Shown piece by piece: positions 1-9,358 of a stretch of DNA of 64,000 nucleotides (position 1 is its first letter; each line of letters begins with the position of its first letter). The notes below the pieces were generated by a model, which was given only the letters and a program-made list of their open reading frames with translations, ran no database searches and was not told where the DNA came from. A program made the translations under genes and the position numbers. Source of the DNA: an uncultured Acidobacteriota bacterium (GTDB lineage: Bacteria > Acidobacteriota > Thermoanaerobaculia > Multivoradales > UBA5704); assembly GCA_963770895.1 (NCBI GenBank), contig CAVYRF010000001.1, positions 64,001 through 128,000 on the forward strand, written 5' to 3'.

Positions 1-1411
1 GCGCGTCGTTGGACACGTCGCGCTCCAGCGGCCGGGCCTTGGCGAGCAGCACGTTGTCGGGCACAAACCCCAGCGGCAGCGAGCGCAGGTGCAGCACGCT
101 CACCACCACCAGGGTGGTGGCCTGCAGCAAGGCGAAGGCAAAGCACGCGGCAAGCGCCACCAGGACGCCGGTGGCGCGGCTCACACCCAGCGTGCGGCCG
201 GGCCTCACGGCAGCTCCCGGCTGCGCCTTGGCCGCGAGCCTGCCCGCGTACAGCGCCGGAGGCAGCGCCACGCAGGCCAGGCAGACCCCAAACGCCCCGG
301 CGAGCCAGGGGAGCCACGACAGATCCGTCGCCGGCGAGGCGACCGGCAGAACGCGGGCGGCCAGCCGCGAGGTCATGGGCACCAGCAGGGCTCCCGCGAC
401 AAAGGCGAGCGAGAGCAGCACGGCATTTTCGATCAGCACCTGGGCGGCCACCTGGCGCGGGCGCGCCCCGAGCGCCGAGCGCGTCTCGATCTCGCCGTGG
501 CGGGCCAGGACCCTGGCAAAGCACAGCGCTGTGGTGTTCGCCGCGGCGATGATCAGAATCAGCGACAGGGAGGCAAAGGCGGCGAGCACCAGCGGCCGCA
601 CCTGCTCGACCAGCACGTCCTGCAACGGCAGCGCCGCCAGCGTGTAGCCCGAGCCAGGGCCATAGACGTCGGGATGGAGGCCGCGCGTCTGCTCACCCTG
701 CAGGGCCAGCGCCGCCTGCGCCTGGCGCAGCGGACGCCGCAGGCGGGCCACTGCCGTCAGGTACTCGTTGCCCCAGCCGAAGGTCGGCGCCTTGGTGTCG
801 AGCGTGTCGGCCGTCCAGACCTCGGCCTGGTCGGGGAACTGGACGGCGGCGGGCAGCACGCCGACGACCTGGTAGCGGGCATCGTCCAATGAGATCTTGC
901 GGCCGACCACCGCCGGGTCCCCGCCGCAGCGCCGATGCCAGAACGCATCGCTCAGCACAACGCTGCGCGACGATCCGGGGACGTACTCCTCCGGCGAGAA
1001 CAGCCGCCCGACCTGGGGCTGGACGCCGAGAGTGTCGAAGAAGCCGCGGGTGACCGAGGCGCCGAAGATCTTGTCGGTACCTGCCTCCGTGGCGAGATCG
1101 AATCGCTGGCGCGAAAAGCCGCCGACGCTGGCGAAAAGATCGCGGCGGCCGGCCAGCTCGACCAGGCCCGGAGGCGAGATCGCGCCGCGGGCGACCGCCG
1201 GTTTCTGGTAGCGGCCCCACACCAGGACCAGCCGCTCGCCTTGAGGGTACGGCAGCGGCGCCCAGAGGATGCGCCGCACCGGCCCCAGCGCGGTCGCGTC
1301 CGCCGCGACGCAGAGGGCCAGCACCGCGACGATGGTAGCCGCCAGACGCCGTTCCCGGCGGATCAGCCGCAAGCTGAATGCAAGATCGCGGAGCGTGGCC
1401 TGATAGTTCAC
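1..1411 (-). CDS. ABC transporter permease, ADOP/MacB-FtsX type (5' part; runs off the window)
   Basis: Not in the ORF track because it is open at the edge. Manual translation from GTG at 1411 gives MNYQATLRDLAFSLRLIRRERRLAATIVAVLAL...LWAPLPYPQGERLVLVW, a typical N-terminus of Acidobacterial duplicated orphan permeases. Confidence 0.85.
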   Translation of the reverse strand, partial: MNYQATLRDLAFSLRLIRRERRLAATIVAVLALCVAADATALGPVRRILWAPLPYPQGERLVLVWGRYQKPAVARGAISPPGLVELAGRRDLFASVGGFSRQRFDLATEAGTDKIFGASVTRGFFDTLGVQPQVGRLFSPEEYVPGSSRSVVLSDAFWHRRCGGDPAVVGRKISLDDARYQVVGVLPAAVQFPDQAEVWTADTLDTKAPTFGWGNEYLTAVARLRRPLRQAQAALALQGEQTRGLHPDVYGPGSGYTLAALPLQDVLVEQVRPLVLAAFASLSLILIIAAANTTALCFARVLARHGEIETRSALGARPRQVAAQVLIENAVLLSLAFVAGALLVPMTSRLAARVLPVASPATDLSWLPWLAGAFGVCLACVALPPALYAGRLAAKAQPGAAVRPGRTLGVSRATGVLVALAACFAFALLQATTLVVVSVLHLRSLPLGFVPDNVLLAKARPLERDVSNDA

Positions 1412-1580
1412 GGCAGTCTGACGCAACGGCGTTCCGACCAAGGGAACCGCCCAGGGGTGCGGCGCCTTGAGCTGCGCCGCGCTCTCTTATATACGGCTGT
1501 GCCTGGCGCGGCTGCTTCGGCACCCGCTGCGCGCGCCGGCAGATGCTAGGATCCGCCCGCTGCCACTTACGTTTCGGGAG

Positions 1581-2210
1581 ATGCCAGTGCATGAGAGCCG
1601 GCTGGATCCGGTAGGCCTGTTCGGGCAGATGGACGTGTACCTGCTCGACCAGCTGTTGCGGCGGCGGATCGCTCCCGGTATGAGCGTGCTCGAGGCTGGG
1701 GCAGGTGCGGGCCGCAACCTGGCCTACTTCCTGGCTCAGGGCTACCAGGTGCAGGCCTTCGATCCCGACGCCGGCGCGATCTCAGCGGTACGGGCGCTGG
1801 CGGCGAGGCTGGCGCCGGGGCTGCCGGCCGTGAACTTTCGGCAGGAGGCGGCGGAGTCGAACAGCTTCCCGGATCACGCGGCGCAGGTGGTGATCTGCAG
1901 CGCCGTGCTGCACTTTGCCCGCGATGAATCACATTTCGACGCGATGCTGCGCGGCACCTGGCGCCTGGTCCGTCCGGGCGGCATGCTGTTCTGCCGGCTT
2001 GCCTCCACCATCGGCATGGAGCACCGCTTCATCCCCCTGGGCGGCAGGTGCTTCCAGCTGCCGGGCGGTACCGAGTGGTTTTTGGTCGACGCAGCGTATC
2101 TCCTCGATTGGGCGGCCCGGCTCGGCGGCCACCCGCTGGATCCCTTGAAGACCACCGTGGTTCAGGATCAGCGCTGCATGACCACCTGGGTGCTGCGAAA
2201 ACCCGGCTGA
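1581..2210 (+). CDS. Class I SAM-dependent methyltransferase
   Basis: VLEAGAGAGRN motif I and ICSAVLHFA; GGGAG immediately before ATG 1581. Confidence 0.85.
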   Translation: MPVHESRLDPVGLFGQMDVYLLDQLLRRRIAPGMSVLEAGAGAGRNLAYFLAQGYQVQAFDPDAGAISAVRALAARLAPGLPAVNFRQEAAESNSFPDHAAQVVICSAVLHFARDESHFDAMLRGTWRLVRPGGMLFCRLASTIGMEHRFIPLGGRCFQLPGGTEWFLVDAAYLLDWAARLGGHPLDPLKTTVVQDQRCMTTWVLRKPG

Positions 2211-2231
2211 CGGGACGGCCGAAAAAACGTG

Positions 2232-2839
2232 TCAATAGCCCCTGAGGATGGCGCGTCGGGGTTGGGCGGGCAGGGCGGCGGGTTCGAGGATGGGGAGGTC
2301 GTAGCGGTGGCGGATGCTGGAGCCGGTCTGGCGGACGTCGGCGCCGTAGATATGGATGGAGATGGCGTCGCCGGGGCCGGGGTTGGCGACGACGTGGACG
2401 TCGCCGGGGGGACCAGGGAGGTGGCGGTGCCGGCGGCGAAGAGCTGGCGCTCGCCGCGCAGCAGGCAGGAGCGGCCTTCGTGCTCGACCAGGTCGTAGGC
2501 GATCTCCTCTTCGCGGCCTTCGTGGACGCCGACGGCGCACCAGGCGACGTGATCGTGGACCGCCGTGGCCTGGCCGGGCCGCCAGACCAGGGCGACGATG
2601 GAAAAGGCGCCGTCTTCGGGGACGTACAGGACGTGCTGGCGGTAGCGCTCGGGGTCGGATTGGCGCTGCTCGGCCGTGAGCAGCTCGGGGTGTCCCAGGA
2701 AGAGGCGCAGGGTGCGGGCGGATGCCGCGGCGCGGCGGGCTGGATCGGCGGTCCGCCTCTGAATGGCGTGGATGGCGTGCGCCAGAGCTTTCAACACGGG
2801 GTTGGCGGTCTGTGGATACGATCCTGTCGAGCTCTGCAT
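2232..2839 (-). pseudogene. Cysteine dioxygenase family (cupin) protein, frameshifted at a C6 run (~2406-2411)
   Basis: N-part has VALVWRPGQATAVHDHVAWC. C-part PPGDVHVVAN...AISIHIYG is in another frame (ORF 2232..2540). One extra C restores SLVPPGDVH. Confidence 0.8.
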
Positions 2840-2936
2840 GATGCCTCCTGATCGCGTTGGCGGGCGCTTTTGGCGGGCGCCGCGTCCGTCGATGAGGGCG
2901 ATTGTAGGGAGGCAGGGTTATATTGTCGGTCGCGCG

Positions 2937-3635
2937 ATGGTTATAAACCTGTCACCTGGGGGCCGGCAGCGGTTCCGTCACGTCGACCGCGGGCGACCAG
3001 CGGCCGGCTGGCGGCGGCTGGTGACGTTGGGGCTGCTGGCGCTCGTGGGGTCGGGGGGGCTGGCGGGCTGCCGTCGCCAGCCGCCGAACCTGGATTCTCC
3101 GGGCACGACGATCGTGTGCCTGGGCGACTCGATCACCGCCGGAGTCGGCACCACGGCCGGCCACGCCTACCCGGCACTGCTGGCCGCGCGCCTGGGGCGC
3201 GAGGTGCTGGACGCCGGAGTGCCCGGCGACACCGCCGGCGCCGGGCTGGCGCGCCTGCCGCAGGTCCTGGCGCAGGATCCCTGGCTGGTGATCGTCGAGC
3301 TGGGCGGCAACGACATCTTGCAGCAGGTGCCGATCGCGGACACCGAAGCCGCGCTGGATCAGATCGTGCAGCGCCTGCTGGCCGCCCGCGTGCTGCCGGT
3401 GCTGGTCGCCGTCAGCGGCCCCTTCGGCGGCGCCCACGCCGAGATCTACGACCGGCTGGCCAGCCGCTACCACGTGCCCGTGGTGGACCGGGTGCTGCGC
3501 GACATCCTGCTGGACCCGGCGCTGAAAAGCGACGAAGTCCACCCCAACGACGCCGGCCACGCCCGGCTGGCCGACGCCATCGCCGGCGTCGTCGAACCCC
3601 TGGTGGCCGCGCGCCACCGCCGCTTCGGCCGCTAG
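2937..3635 (+). CDS. SGNH/GDSL arylesterase, probable lipoprotein
   Basis: Blocks CLGDSITAG, AGVPGDT, ELGGND and DEVHPN; LAGC lipobox. Start codon uncertain. Confidence 0.9.
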   Translation: MVINLSPGGRQRFRHVDRGRPAAGWRRLVTLGLLALVGSGGLAGCRRQPPNLDSPGTTIVCLGDSITAGVGTTAGHAYPALLAARLGREVLDAGVPGDTAGAGLARLPQVLAQDPWLVIVELGGNDILQQVPIADTEAALDQIVQRLLAARVLPVLVAVSGPFGGAHAEIYDRLASRYHVPVVDRVLRDILLDPALKSDEVHPNDAGHARLADAIAGVVEPLVAARHRRFGR

Positions 3636-3670
3636 CCGTCAGCGTGCAGCCCGGATGGGCACTCCCGCTC

Positions 3671-4012
3671 CTACCCGCAGTCGCAGAAATACGTCGGCGG
3701 CGACAGGTCGCAATGGCCGTTCGCGATGCACTTCATGCCGGTGCCGCAGCTCTCGCCGGCCAGCTTGTTCATGCACACCGGCAGGCCGCAGCCGCAGATC
3801 ATCAGCGGAGTGACGACAGCGGGCAGCGTCGCCGGTGAGAGCGTCGCCCGTGAAAGCGTCGCAGGCGCCGACAGCAGCAACGAGACACCCGAGCACGCGC
3901 TTGGCGCAGCGGGCGTGCTGGGACCGCTGGCCTCGGCGGCCAAAGCCGGCTGGACCAACCAGCCCGCGCCAAGCAAGGTGATGGCGAGGATGAGCATGAG
4001 GCGGCGAGTCAT
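3671..4012 (-). CDS. Small secreted Cys-rich protein (113 aa)
   Basis: GGAGG RBS, signal peptide ending ALA, Ala/Pro/Ser linker, and a C-terminal domain with 8 Cys. Confidence 0.7.
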   Translation of the reverse strand: MTRRLMLILAITLLGAGWLVQPALAAEASGPSTPAAPSACSGVSLLLSAPATLSRATLSPATLPAVVTPLMICGCGLPVCMNKLAGESCGTGMKCIANGHCDLSPPTYFCDCG

Positions 4013-4117
4013 GGGAACCTCCCTTCTTCCACCTATAGCAGTGCATGAACAACGATTGCCAGCGACAGGGGCGGTCGATCCCGGCGCGCAGCGTCGGCGG
4101 TCGGCCAGGCAATCCGG

Positions 4118-4185
4118 ACCTTCAAGGTGAGGCAATGCAACCACAGGGTTGCGTTGCCCTTTTGCCGTCTCATTTTGAGGACGGC
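4118..4185 (+). repeat. att-like site A (left boundary of the island)
   Basis: GGCAATGCAACC-ACAG-GGTTGCGTTGCCCTTTTGCCGTCTCATTTTGAGGACGGC. The right arm is nearly identical to site B; the inner 12 bp of the left arm is the reverse complement of the site D right arm. Confidence 0.75.
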
Positions 4186-4368
4186 CCTCCCATCCTCCGG
4201 GCCGCCCAAAGAGTCACGGTGTCCGCCCGGCATCTTCAGACCGTAACGGCTCTCGTGGACCCGGCCCCAGTCGGCCTCGGAGAGGCGGGGCGAGGTGGAG
4301 GCTGCGGAGGACTCTCGGGGAGGCCCCTGCTCGCACGTGGCGCGAATCGTGTAAAATCTTCGGGGACG

Positions 4369-4677
4369 ATGAAGAGCGAGGAGTATGTGTCGCAGCAGGA
4401 GGGTGCTTACCGCGTAGGCGGCACGCGGGTCTCCCTCGATTCCATCGTGTATGCCTTCCTGGAAGGCCAGACCGCGGAGACCATCGTCCAGTGGTTTCCT
4501 GTGCTAAGCCTCGAACAGATCTATGGCGCGATCACCTACTATCTGGCGCACCGCGCCGAGATCGACGCCTATCTGCGCGAGGGTGAGCTAGAGGCGGAGC
4601 GCCTCCGCGAACAAACCCACCGGGCAGATCCGACGTTCTACCAGAAGCTCGCCAGCGCGCGACAGCGCCAGCCGTGA
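4369..4677 (+). CDS. DUF433 family antitoxin
   Basis: RVGGTRVSLDSIV...FPVLSLEQIYGAITYY; overlaps the downstream PIN gene (GTGA). Confidence 0.85.
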   Translation: MKSEEYVSQQEGAYRVGGTRVSLDSIVYAFLEGQTAETIVQWFPVLSLEQIYGAITYYLAHRAEIDAYLREGELEAERLREQTHRADPTFYQKLASARQRQP

Positions 4678-5024
4678 CGGTCCGCTACCAAGCGGACGCC
4701 GACCTCAAGCGGGTGATCCTCTTGGCCGTGGCTCGCCAGGAGCCGGCAGTCGATTTCCGGAGCGCTGCCGAGGCGAGATTAGTGGCCCTCCCGGACAAGG
4801 ACGTCTTGGCGGCTGCTGCCGAGGCCGGCAGGTTGCTCGTGAGCCATGACCTGAGGACGATGCCTCGGCACTTCGGCGAGTTCGTGCAGTCAAGCCAGAG
4901 CCCGGGCGTCCTGCTGATCCCGCAACGCCTTCCGGTACCAGATGCGGTCGAACAGCTCATCATGATCTGGGCGGCGAGCGACGTTGAAGAATGGGTGAAC
5001 CGGATCTGTGTCCTGCCGCTCTGA
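4674..5024 (+). CDS. DUF5615 family PIN-like toxin
   Basis: YQADADL...PDKDVLAAAAEAGRLLVSHD...SPGVLLI; canonical partner of DUF433. Confidence 0.85.
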   Translation: MTVRYQADADLKRVILLAVARQEPAVDFRSAAEARLVALPDKDVLAAAAEAGRLLVSHDLRTMPRHFGEFVQSSQSPGVLLIPQRLPVPDAVEQLIMIWAASDVEEWVNRICVLPL

Positions 5025-5049
5025 GTCGCATGACGACGCGAGCGGATCA

Positions 5050-5195
5050 TGGGCGACGAGCGCATCCAGTAGCTGCACGCCGAGAGGTTTCAGCGCTCTT
5101 CTACTCGCTGATCGGCAAAGCCAGGCTTTGCCGCCTCAATCGGTCAACCTGCCTCCGCGAAGCTGTCCACACCGCCCTCCACCAGCCGGGCGTCG
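5050..5195 (+). pseudogene. Degenerate IS66 transposase C-terminal remnant
   Basis: Translates as EVSALFYSLIGKARLCRLNRSTCLREAVHTAL, resembling the IS66 TnpC C-terminus (ALFYSLI..AKL.G..P..YLRE). Confidence 0.5.
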
Positions 5196-6036
5196 TCGCC
5201 CCGGCCAGCGAGAAGGCAGCCCGCAACCCCAGGACTCCCTGGCCGTCGACGGGAGTTCCCTGTCCGGACTCGCAGCTCGACAGCACCACGAGCCGCGTTC
5301 CAATCAGGTCGAGACCCTCCACCTCCAGGCCCGTCAGCAGCCCGTCATGTTCGCCGGACTGTGGCCGGTTCGCTCCCGCCAGCGCGATGATGGACCGCAA
5401 GAACGGGTTTTCGGTGTCGAGGAGAGGCGGGAACTCGAAGAGATACCAGCCGGAGGATGGCGCCTCCCACGTTATGTTGTTCCTGCTGTGCGTAGCGAAG
5501 TGCAAGATCTCTGGTCCGTGGACCGCTTGTACCGCACCCTTGCTGGCAAGCGTTCCTGTCAGGAGCCGGTTCGGCGCCAGCCGCAGGGCCTGTGCAACGT
5601 CCTTCCCTTCGTCGTCGAAGTAGCTATCGCGGATGAAAGGCTTGAGCCGCCTCGCACTCGCAGCGTGCATGCCCAGGGTGCCCCCAGTGTCAAAATCGGG
5701 ATTTGCGATGACCATGGCGGGCGCGGGTTTCGTCTGCCCAGACAGCCCCGGCTCACCCACGTCCCGCCACGAACCGAGATAACTGATTCTGTAGCGTTCC
5801 AAGAGGTAGCGATCCGCCTCGTCGAGGAAGGCGCCGAAGGGGGCGAGCGTTAGCAGACCGTCCGCCACGATCAGCATCTGCACCGCGGCTCGCCCGTTCG
5901 TACTGGCCGCAAGTGCCGGCGCTAGTGGCGCGATCACTGCTCGGTAAAGTCTCCGCAAAGCCTGTCGGGCGGACTCCGAGCGGCGAAGTCGATCGACAGC
6001 GAGCGGCGAGTCGAGATCGGATCTGCCAGACGCCTC
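5196..6036 (-). pseudogene. CHAT domain (caspase-like) protein fragment
   Basis: ILHFATH, LVVLSSCESGQG, GLRAAFSLAGA. The 5' end is cut by IS21-like repeats and the 3' end by the IS66 remnant. Confidence 0.8.
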
Positions 6037-6207
6037 GTGGCGACCACCATTACGGGGATGGCGACCAGCCTTCCGGGGATGGCGACCACCATTCCGGCGC
6101 ACCACCCCAAAGTGGTCGCCTTCAGACTGGAATCAGTGGTCGCCTTCGATCGGAATCGGTGGTCGCCTTCGACTGGAATGGGTGGTCGCCTTCAGCCGGA
6201 ATACGCA
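6037..6207. mobile_element. IS21-family end repeats / MITE-like remnant
   Basis: Three TGGCGACCA-containing units face four GTGGTCGCCTTC..GGAAT units (~22-24 nt period), ending in GGAATACGCA, an IS21-type terminus. Confidence 0.7.
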
Positions 6208-6494
6208 CACAGTGGGCCGGAGACCCTTTTCGCTGTGGCCGCCCGAGCCCCCCTCGCGCTCCTCGACACCGCACTCGCGGACGCCGCTCCACCCCTAACA
6301 TCCCCCAAAATCGCTCTCCAGCCGCCGGCGGATGGCTTCAGGCCCCCCAAATGTGCTCCGACGACCGCAAGTCGGCGGCGAACTGCGGAATCGCTGGGGC
6401 GTGACGCCCCAACTTGCGGCCCTGCTTCATTTGCATGTACCATGCTTTGCTGTACTTGCACTCAGAAACTTGAAGCCCACCATGTGGAGGGAAG

Positions 6495-7628
6495 ATGTCA
6501 TCGTTTTGGGAGCCCGTTGTCTCGATCCTGCTGAAACAAGTCCTGAAGACGGCAAAAAGTTCGTTGTTTCAGGAGTTGAGACCAGAGCTTCTGAAAATTG
6601 AAGCTCGGCTGCTGACCATTCACACCATGGTGGAGCAGCAGCGAGCGATGTGGCTCAAGTCAGGGCTGTCGTTTATTCAGCTTGGCCAATATGGGTCGGC
6701 GCTCGAAGATCTTGTTCGCGCCGTTGCCAGCGACGACAAAAGTGCCGTAGCCAATTTCGTTTTGAGCGCACTGCTTGCGAGGGATGGCCGCAATGATGCG
6801 GCTAAGCATTATTTCACAGAAGCGTGGATGATCAACCCTTTTTGCGTCTTGCGCTTCCTTAGTGCACCTGAACTGTCCGTCACCTCGGTGGACGGCCCAC
6901 CTTCGATAGCGTGGAGATTGAGCGTCAAGACTGATAAGTCCATAAAGGCGACGTTGCCGAAACAGAAGTGGTGGGGAAAATTGATACCTGACGAAGACGG
7001 TGCGCTTTCTGCTGTTGCGTGCTCTGGAGGAAAGCTCGTCGCCTGCTGGGACAAGATCCATCAAGTCTCCCCCATCGCCTCCATAGTAGTGCCATTCCTT
7101 GGCAGCATGGCAGTGCCATTCCCTGGCGCCAGGGTAGTGTCGCTTATCGATCTCGATAGAGGAGTTTGTACATGGTCTCGTCTGGTAAAGAGAAAGATGA
7201 AATTGCTGCTTGCCACACCTAGGTACTTACTCATGCGTGATGAAGACAATCTGATCAGTTGTCTCTTGGCGGACTCGGGCGCGGACTCTGGAGAAATGAG
7301 CCCTGAGTATCTCGAGACGATTTTCTGTCCGTTTTTCGACCTTGTGCTGTCCTCAGGTGAGTACGCCGCCAGTCACAAGGTGTTCACTCTCAGCCTCGAT
7401 CAGTTTTCCAAGAAGCTAGCGTCCCAAAGGCTTTTGCACAGCGGGACGAAGATTGAAGAGAGCGAGGAAGTCGGAATAGTCGACCCTACGAGAAGCAGCC
7501 ACGATCGGATCGGAGCAAGGAATAGTTGGACGTGGGAGCCACCAACGTCAGGGCGTCTCTCGCGGGAAAAATTTTCTTGTTGCGCGAAAGTCTGGGCGAT
7601 TATGCCTCTGTTGGCACCGGGCGGTTAG
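6495..7628 (+). CDS. Hypothetical protein with N-terminal TPR-like region
   Basis: 377-aa ORF with GGAGG RBS, lower GC, and TPR-like LGQYGSALEDLVRAV...AAKHYFTEAWMINP. Confidence 0.65.
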   Translation: MSSFWEPVVSILLKQVLKTAKSSLFQELRPELLKIEARLLTIHTMVEQQRAMWLKSGLSFIQLGQYGSALEDLVRAVASDDKSAVANFVLSALLARDGRNDAAKHYFTEAWMINPFCVLRFLSAPELSVTSVDGPPSIAWRLSVKTDKSIKATLPKQKWWGKLIPDEDGALSAVACSGGKLVACWDKIHQVSPIASIVVPFLGSMAVPFPGARVVSLIDLDRGVCTWSRLVKRKMKLLLATPRYLLMRDEDNLISCLLADSGADSGEMSPEYLETIFCPFFDLVLSSGEYAASHKVFTLSLDQFSKKLASQRLLHSGTKIEESEEVGIVDPTRSSHDRIGARNSWTWEPPTSGRLSREKFSCCAKVWAIMPLLAPGG

Positions 7629-7822
7629 GGGGCTTGGTCCAGTCGATCATGGATTTCGAGGCGCGGTGACTCGCGAGGCCAGGATTACTCTACTCGCGGC
7701 GTACGCCGCCCTTCTTACATTGCTCCTCGGCTTTTGTAAGTGCGCAAATCAGCTCAAGCCAGGAAGATCTGCTGGGGCTCGCCGGGGTAGTCGGGCCGAG
7801 AAACCCGACCGCGAAGGGGTCA

Positions 7823-8287
7823 GTGATAAAAGATGCACGCACCCTCAGGGGTGTATTGCCCTTTTGCCGTCTCATCTTGAGGACGGCTTTCGAGCCACAA
7901 GCGGCCTATCCCGCAGAGCCGCGGACCATGGGCGAACGCCTACTGAAGCGGCGGCTGGACCTGGGCCTTTCCCAGCGCGAGGTGACCGAGATTCTCGGCG
8001 CGAGCGTCGGCACCCTCACTGCCTGGGAGAAGAGCCGGCAGGAGCCTGGCGAGCGGTATCTGCCTGCCATCCTGGACTTCTTAGGGTGTGATCCGCAGCC
8101 GACACCCGAAACGTTCGGCGGACGGGTCAGGGCCGCAAGGAAGGCCGAGGGACTCTCTGAGGAGGCGCTGGCCCATCAGCTCGGGCTCCAACCCGGCACG
8201 GTCACCGCTTGGGAGCGCGGCGAAATCCGCCGACCTCATCCGCAGACGAGGAAAGCCTTCGAGCGGTGGCTTGCCTCGCGCCAGTAG
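7823..8287 (+). CDS. Double XRE-family HTH protein whose 5' end overlaps att site B
   Basis: Two HTH_3 domains (RRLDLGLSQREVTEILG; ARKAEGLSEEALAHQLG). Start is uncertain (GTG 7823 or internal ATG 7928). Confidence 0.8.
   Translation: MIKDARTLRGVLPFCRLILRTAFEPQAAYPAEPRTMGERLLKRRLDLGLSQREVTEILGASVGTLTAWEKSRQEPGERYLPAILDFLGCDPQPTPETFGGRVRAARKAEGLSEEALAHQLGLQPGTVTAWERGEIRRPHPQTRKAFERWLASRQ
7833..7887 (+). repeat. att-like site B (attL/attR of the LSR1 element)
   Basis: ATGCACGCACCC-TCAG-GGGTGTATTGCCCTTTTGCCGTCTCATCTTGAGGACGGC. The right arm is an inverted repeat of the site C left arm. Confidence 0.85.
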
Positions 8288-8296
8288 GTCGGCGCC

Positions 8297-8521
8297 TCAT
8301 TCGCCGCCGAGGAAGAACGTGAGCGGCTTCTTGTAGAGGCGGGCAAACTTCTCAAGCTCGGTCGGGTCGATCCGGCGCTCCCCGGACTCCACCTTGGAGA
8401 CGAAGGACTGCGGCCGGTCGAGTTCCTCGGCGACCTGTTCCTGGGTCATGCCCGCCGCCTTCCGGGCTGCCTTGAGGCGCTCGCGCATCCTCGTGTACTC
8501 GGGGGTGTGGATGGGCTTCAT
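8297..8521 (-). CDS. XRE-family transcriptional regulator
   Basis: RLKAARKAAGMTQEQVAEELDRPQSFVSKVESGERRID. Confidence 0.9.
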   Translation of the reverse strand: MKPIHTPEYTRMRERLKAARKAAGMTQEQVAEELDRPQSFVSKVESGERRIDPTELEKFARLYKKPLTFFLGGE

Positions 8522-8567
8522 GGTATCGGGGGCCTTCCGCTTCTCGCCTCGCACTTGAAGATTCTTC

Positions 8568-8633
8568 ATCCCAGGCTCGGATAATCCCAGCATCGGATAG
8601 TGTCGCCTCCGACCGAACATCCCAAGATGGGAT
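8568..8633. promoter_or_regulatory. Three ATCCCA-N3-TSGGAT operator-like palindromes in a divergent intergenic region
   Basis: 8568 ATCCCAGGCTCGGAT, 8584 ATCCCAGCATCGGAT, 8619 ATCCCAAGATGGGAT (perfect palindrome). Confidence 0.7.
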
Positions 8634-8645
8634 GAAAGGAGGCAC

Positions 8646-8963
8646 ATGTCCGAGCCCGAAGCCCCCGAGCGCTGGCCCATCACCCGCTGCCGCGAGGCAC
8701 TGTGGGAGGCGGCCTGCCAAGTCCTCCTCCTGCGGGAGGAACTCGCGTCCCTCAAGGCAGTCCTGCCGCTCGCCGACGACCTGGACGAGCAGCTCGAATA
8801 TCGCCGGCCCTACGACCCGGCGACCGACATGCTCGTCGCCATCGAGACCGTGGTAGCGAACTTCCTTGCGCCTGCGCAGGCGGCCTTGGAGAAATCGGCC
8901 TCGGCGACCGAGGAGCGCCTCGGAGTCGAGTTTGAGGAGGAGGCGCGCAAATGGCGACCGTAA
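8646..8963 (+). CDS. Hypothetical protein
   Basis: AAGGAGG RBS; first gene of an overlapping operon. Confidence 0.7.
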   Translation: MSEPEAPERWPITRCREALWEAACQVLLLREELASLKAVLPLADDLDEQLEYRRPYDPATDMLVAIETVVANFLAPAQAALEKSASATEERLGVEFEEEARKWRP

Positions 8964-9358
8964 GCCTTCGCCTCACGCGCAGCGAGCTGGCCCGCGCTCT
9001 CGCCATCCTCCGGGTCTCCCGCGGCTGGTTGCAGCAGGATGTCGCGGAAGCCTCGGGCCTCTCCGCGGCGCTCGTCTCCCTCGCGGAGAACAAGAACGCC
9101 GTTCCGCCCTCCACGCACTCCCTGGAACTCATGGTCGAGGCAATGGGCTTTCCGATTGCGACGCTCTCCCGCGCCCGTGACTTCCTCCGGGAACTCGACT
9201 CCGAGCTGCGCCGCGGGGATGCAGGGCGGGAAGACCCCGCCGCATGGAGGTCGGCGAGTCTCTCCCTTGAGGAGCGCGATGACGATCTCCCTTTTCCCGG
9301 ACCCCGCACGACGAACTGGTTTGGTCCGCGCTGGCCGGCGCCGAGGAGGACGAGATGA
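8951..9358 (+). CDS. XRE-family HTH protein
   Basis: LRVSRGWLQQDVAEASGLSAALVSLAEN; GAGGAGG RBS. Confidence 0.8.
   Translation: MATVSLRLTRSELARALAILRVSRGWLQQDVAEASGLSAALVSLAENKNAVPPSTHSLELMVEAMGFPIATLSRARDFLRELDSELRRGDAGREDPAAWRSASLSLEERDDDLPFPGPRTTNWFGPRWPAPRRTR

Noticed and set aside
9-1592. Long overlapping ORFs from the track (9..647, 89..892, 693..1592) and similar antisense ORFs throughout (e.g. 23464..24822, 51647..53056, 62351..63832)
   Set aside because: Shadow frames of real genes in high-GC DNA; Arg/Pro/Ala-rich with no motifs.
6037-6207. Short regular repeats that look like a CRISPR array
   Set aside because: The period is only ~23 nt with no unique spacers, the two sets face each other, there are no cas genes, and the terminus matches IS21-type ends.
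4118-7887. Classical integron with attC sites
   Set aside because: No tyrosine integrase IntI and no RYYYAAC/GTTRRRY boxes; the sites relate to the serine recombinase instead.
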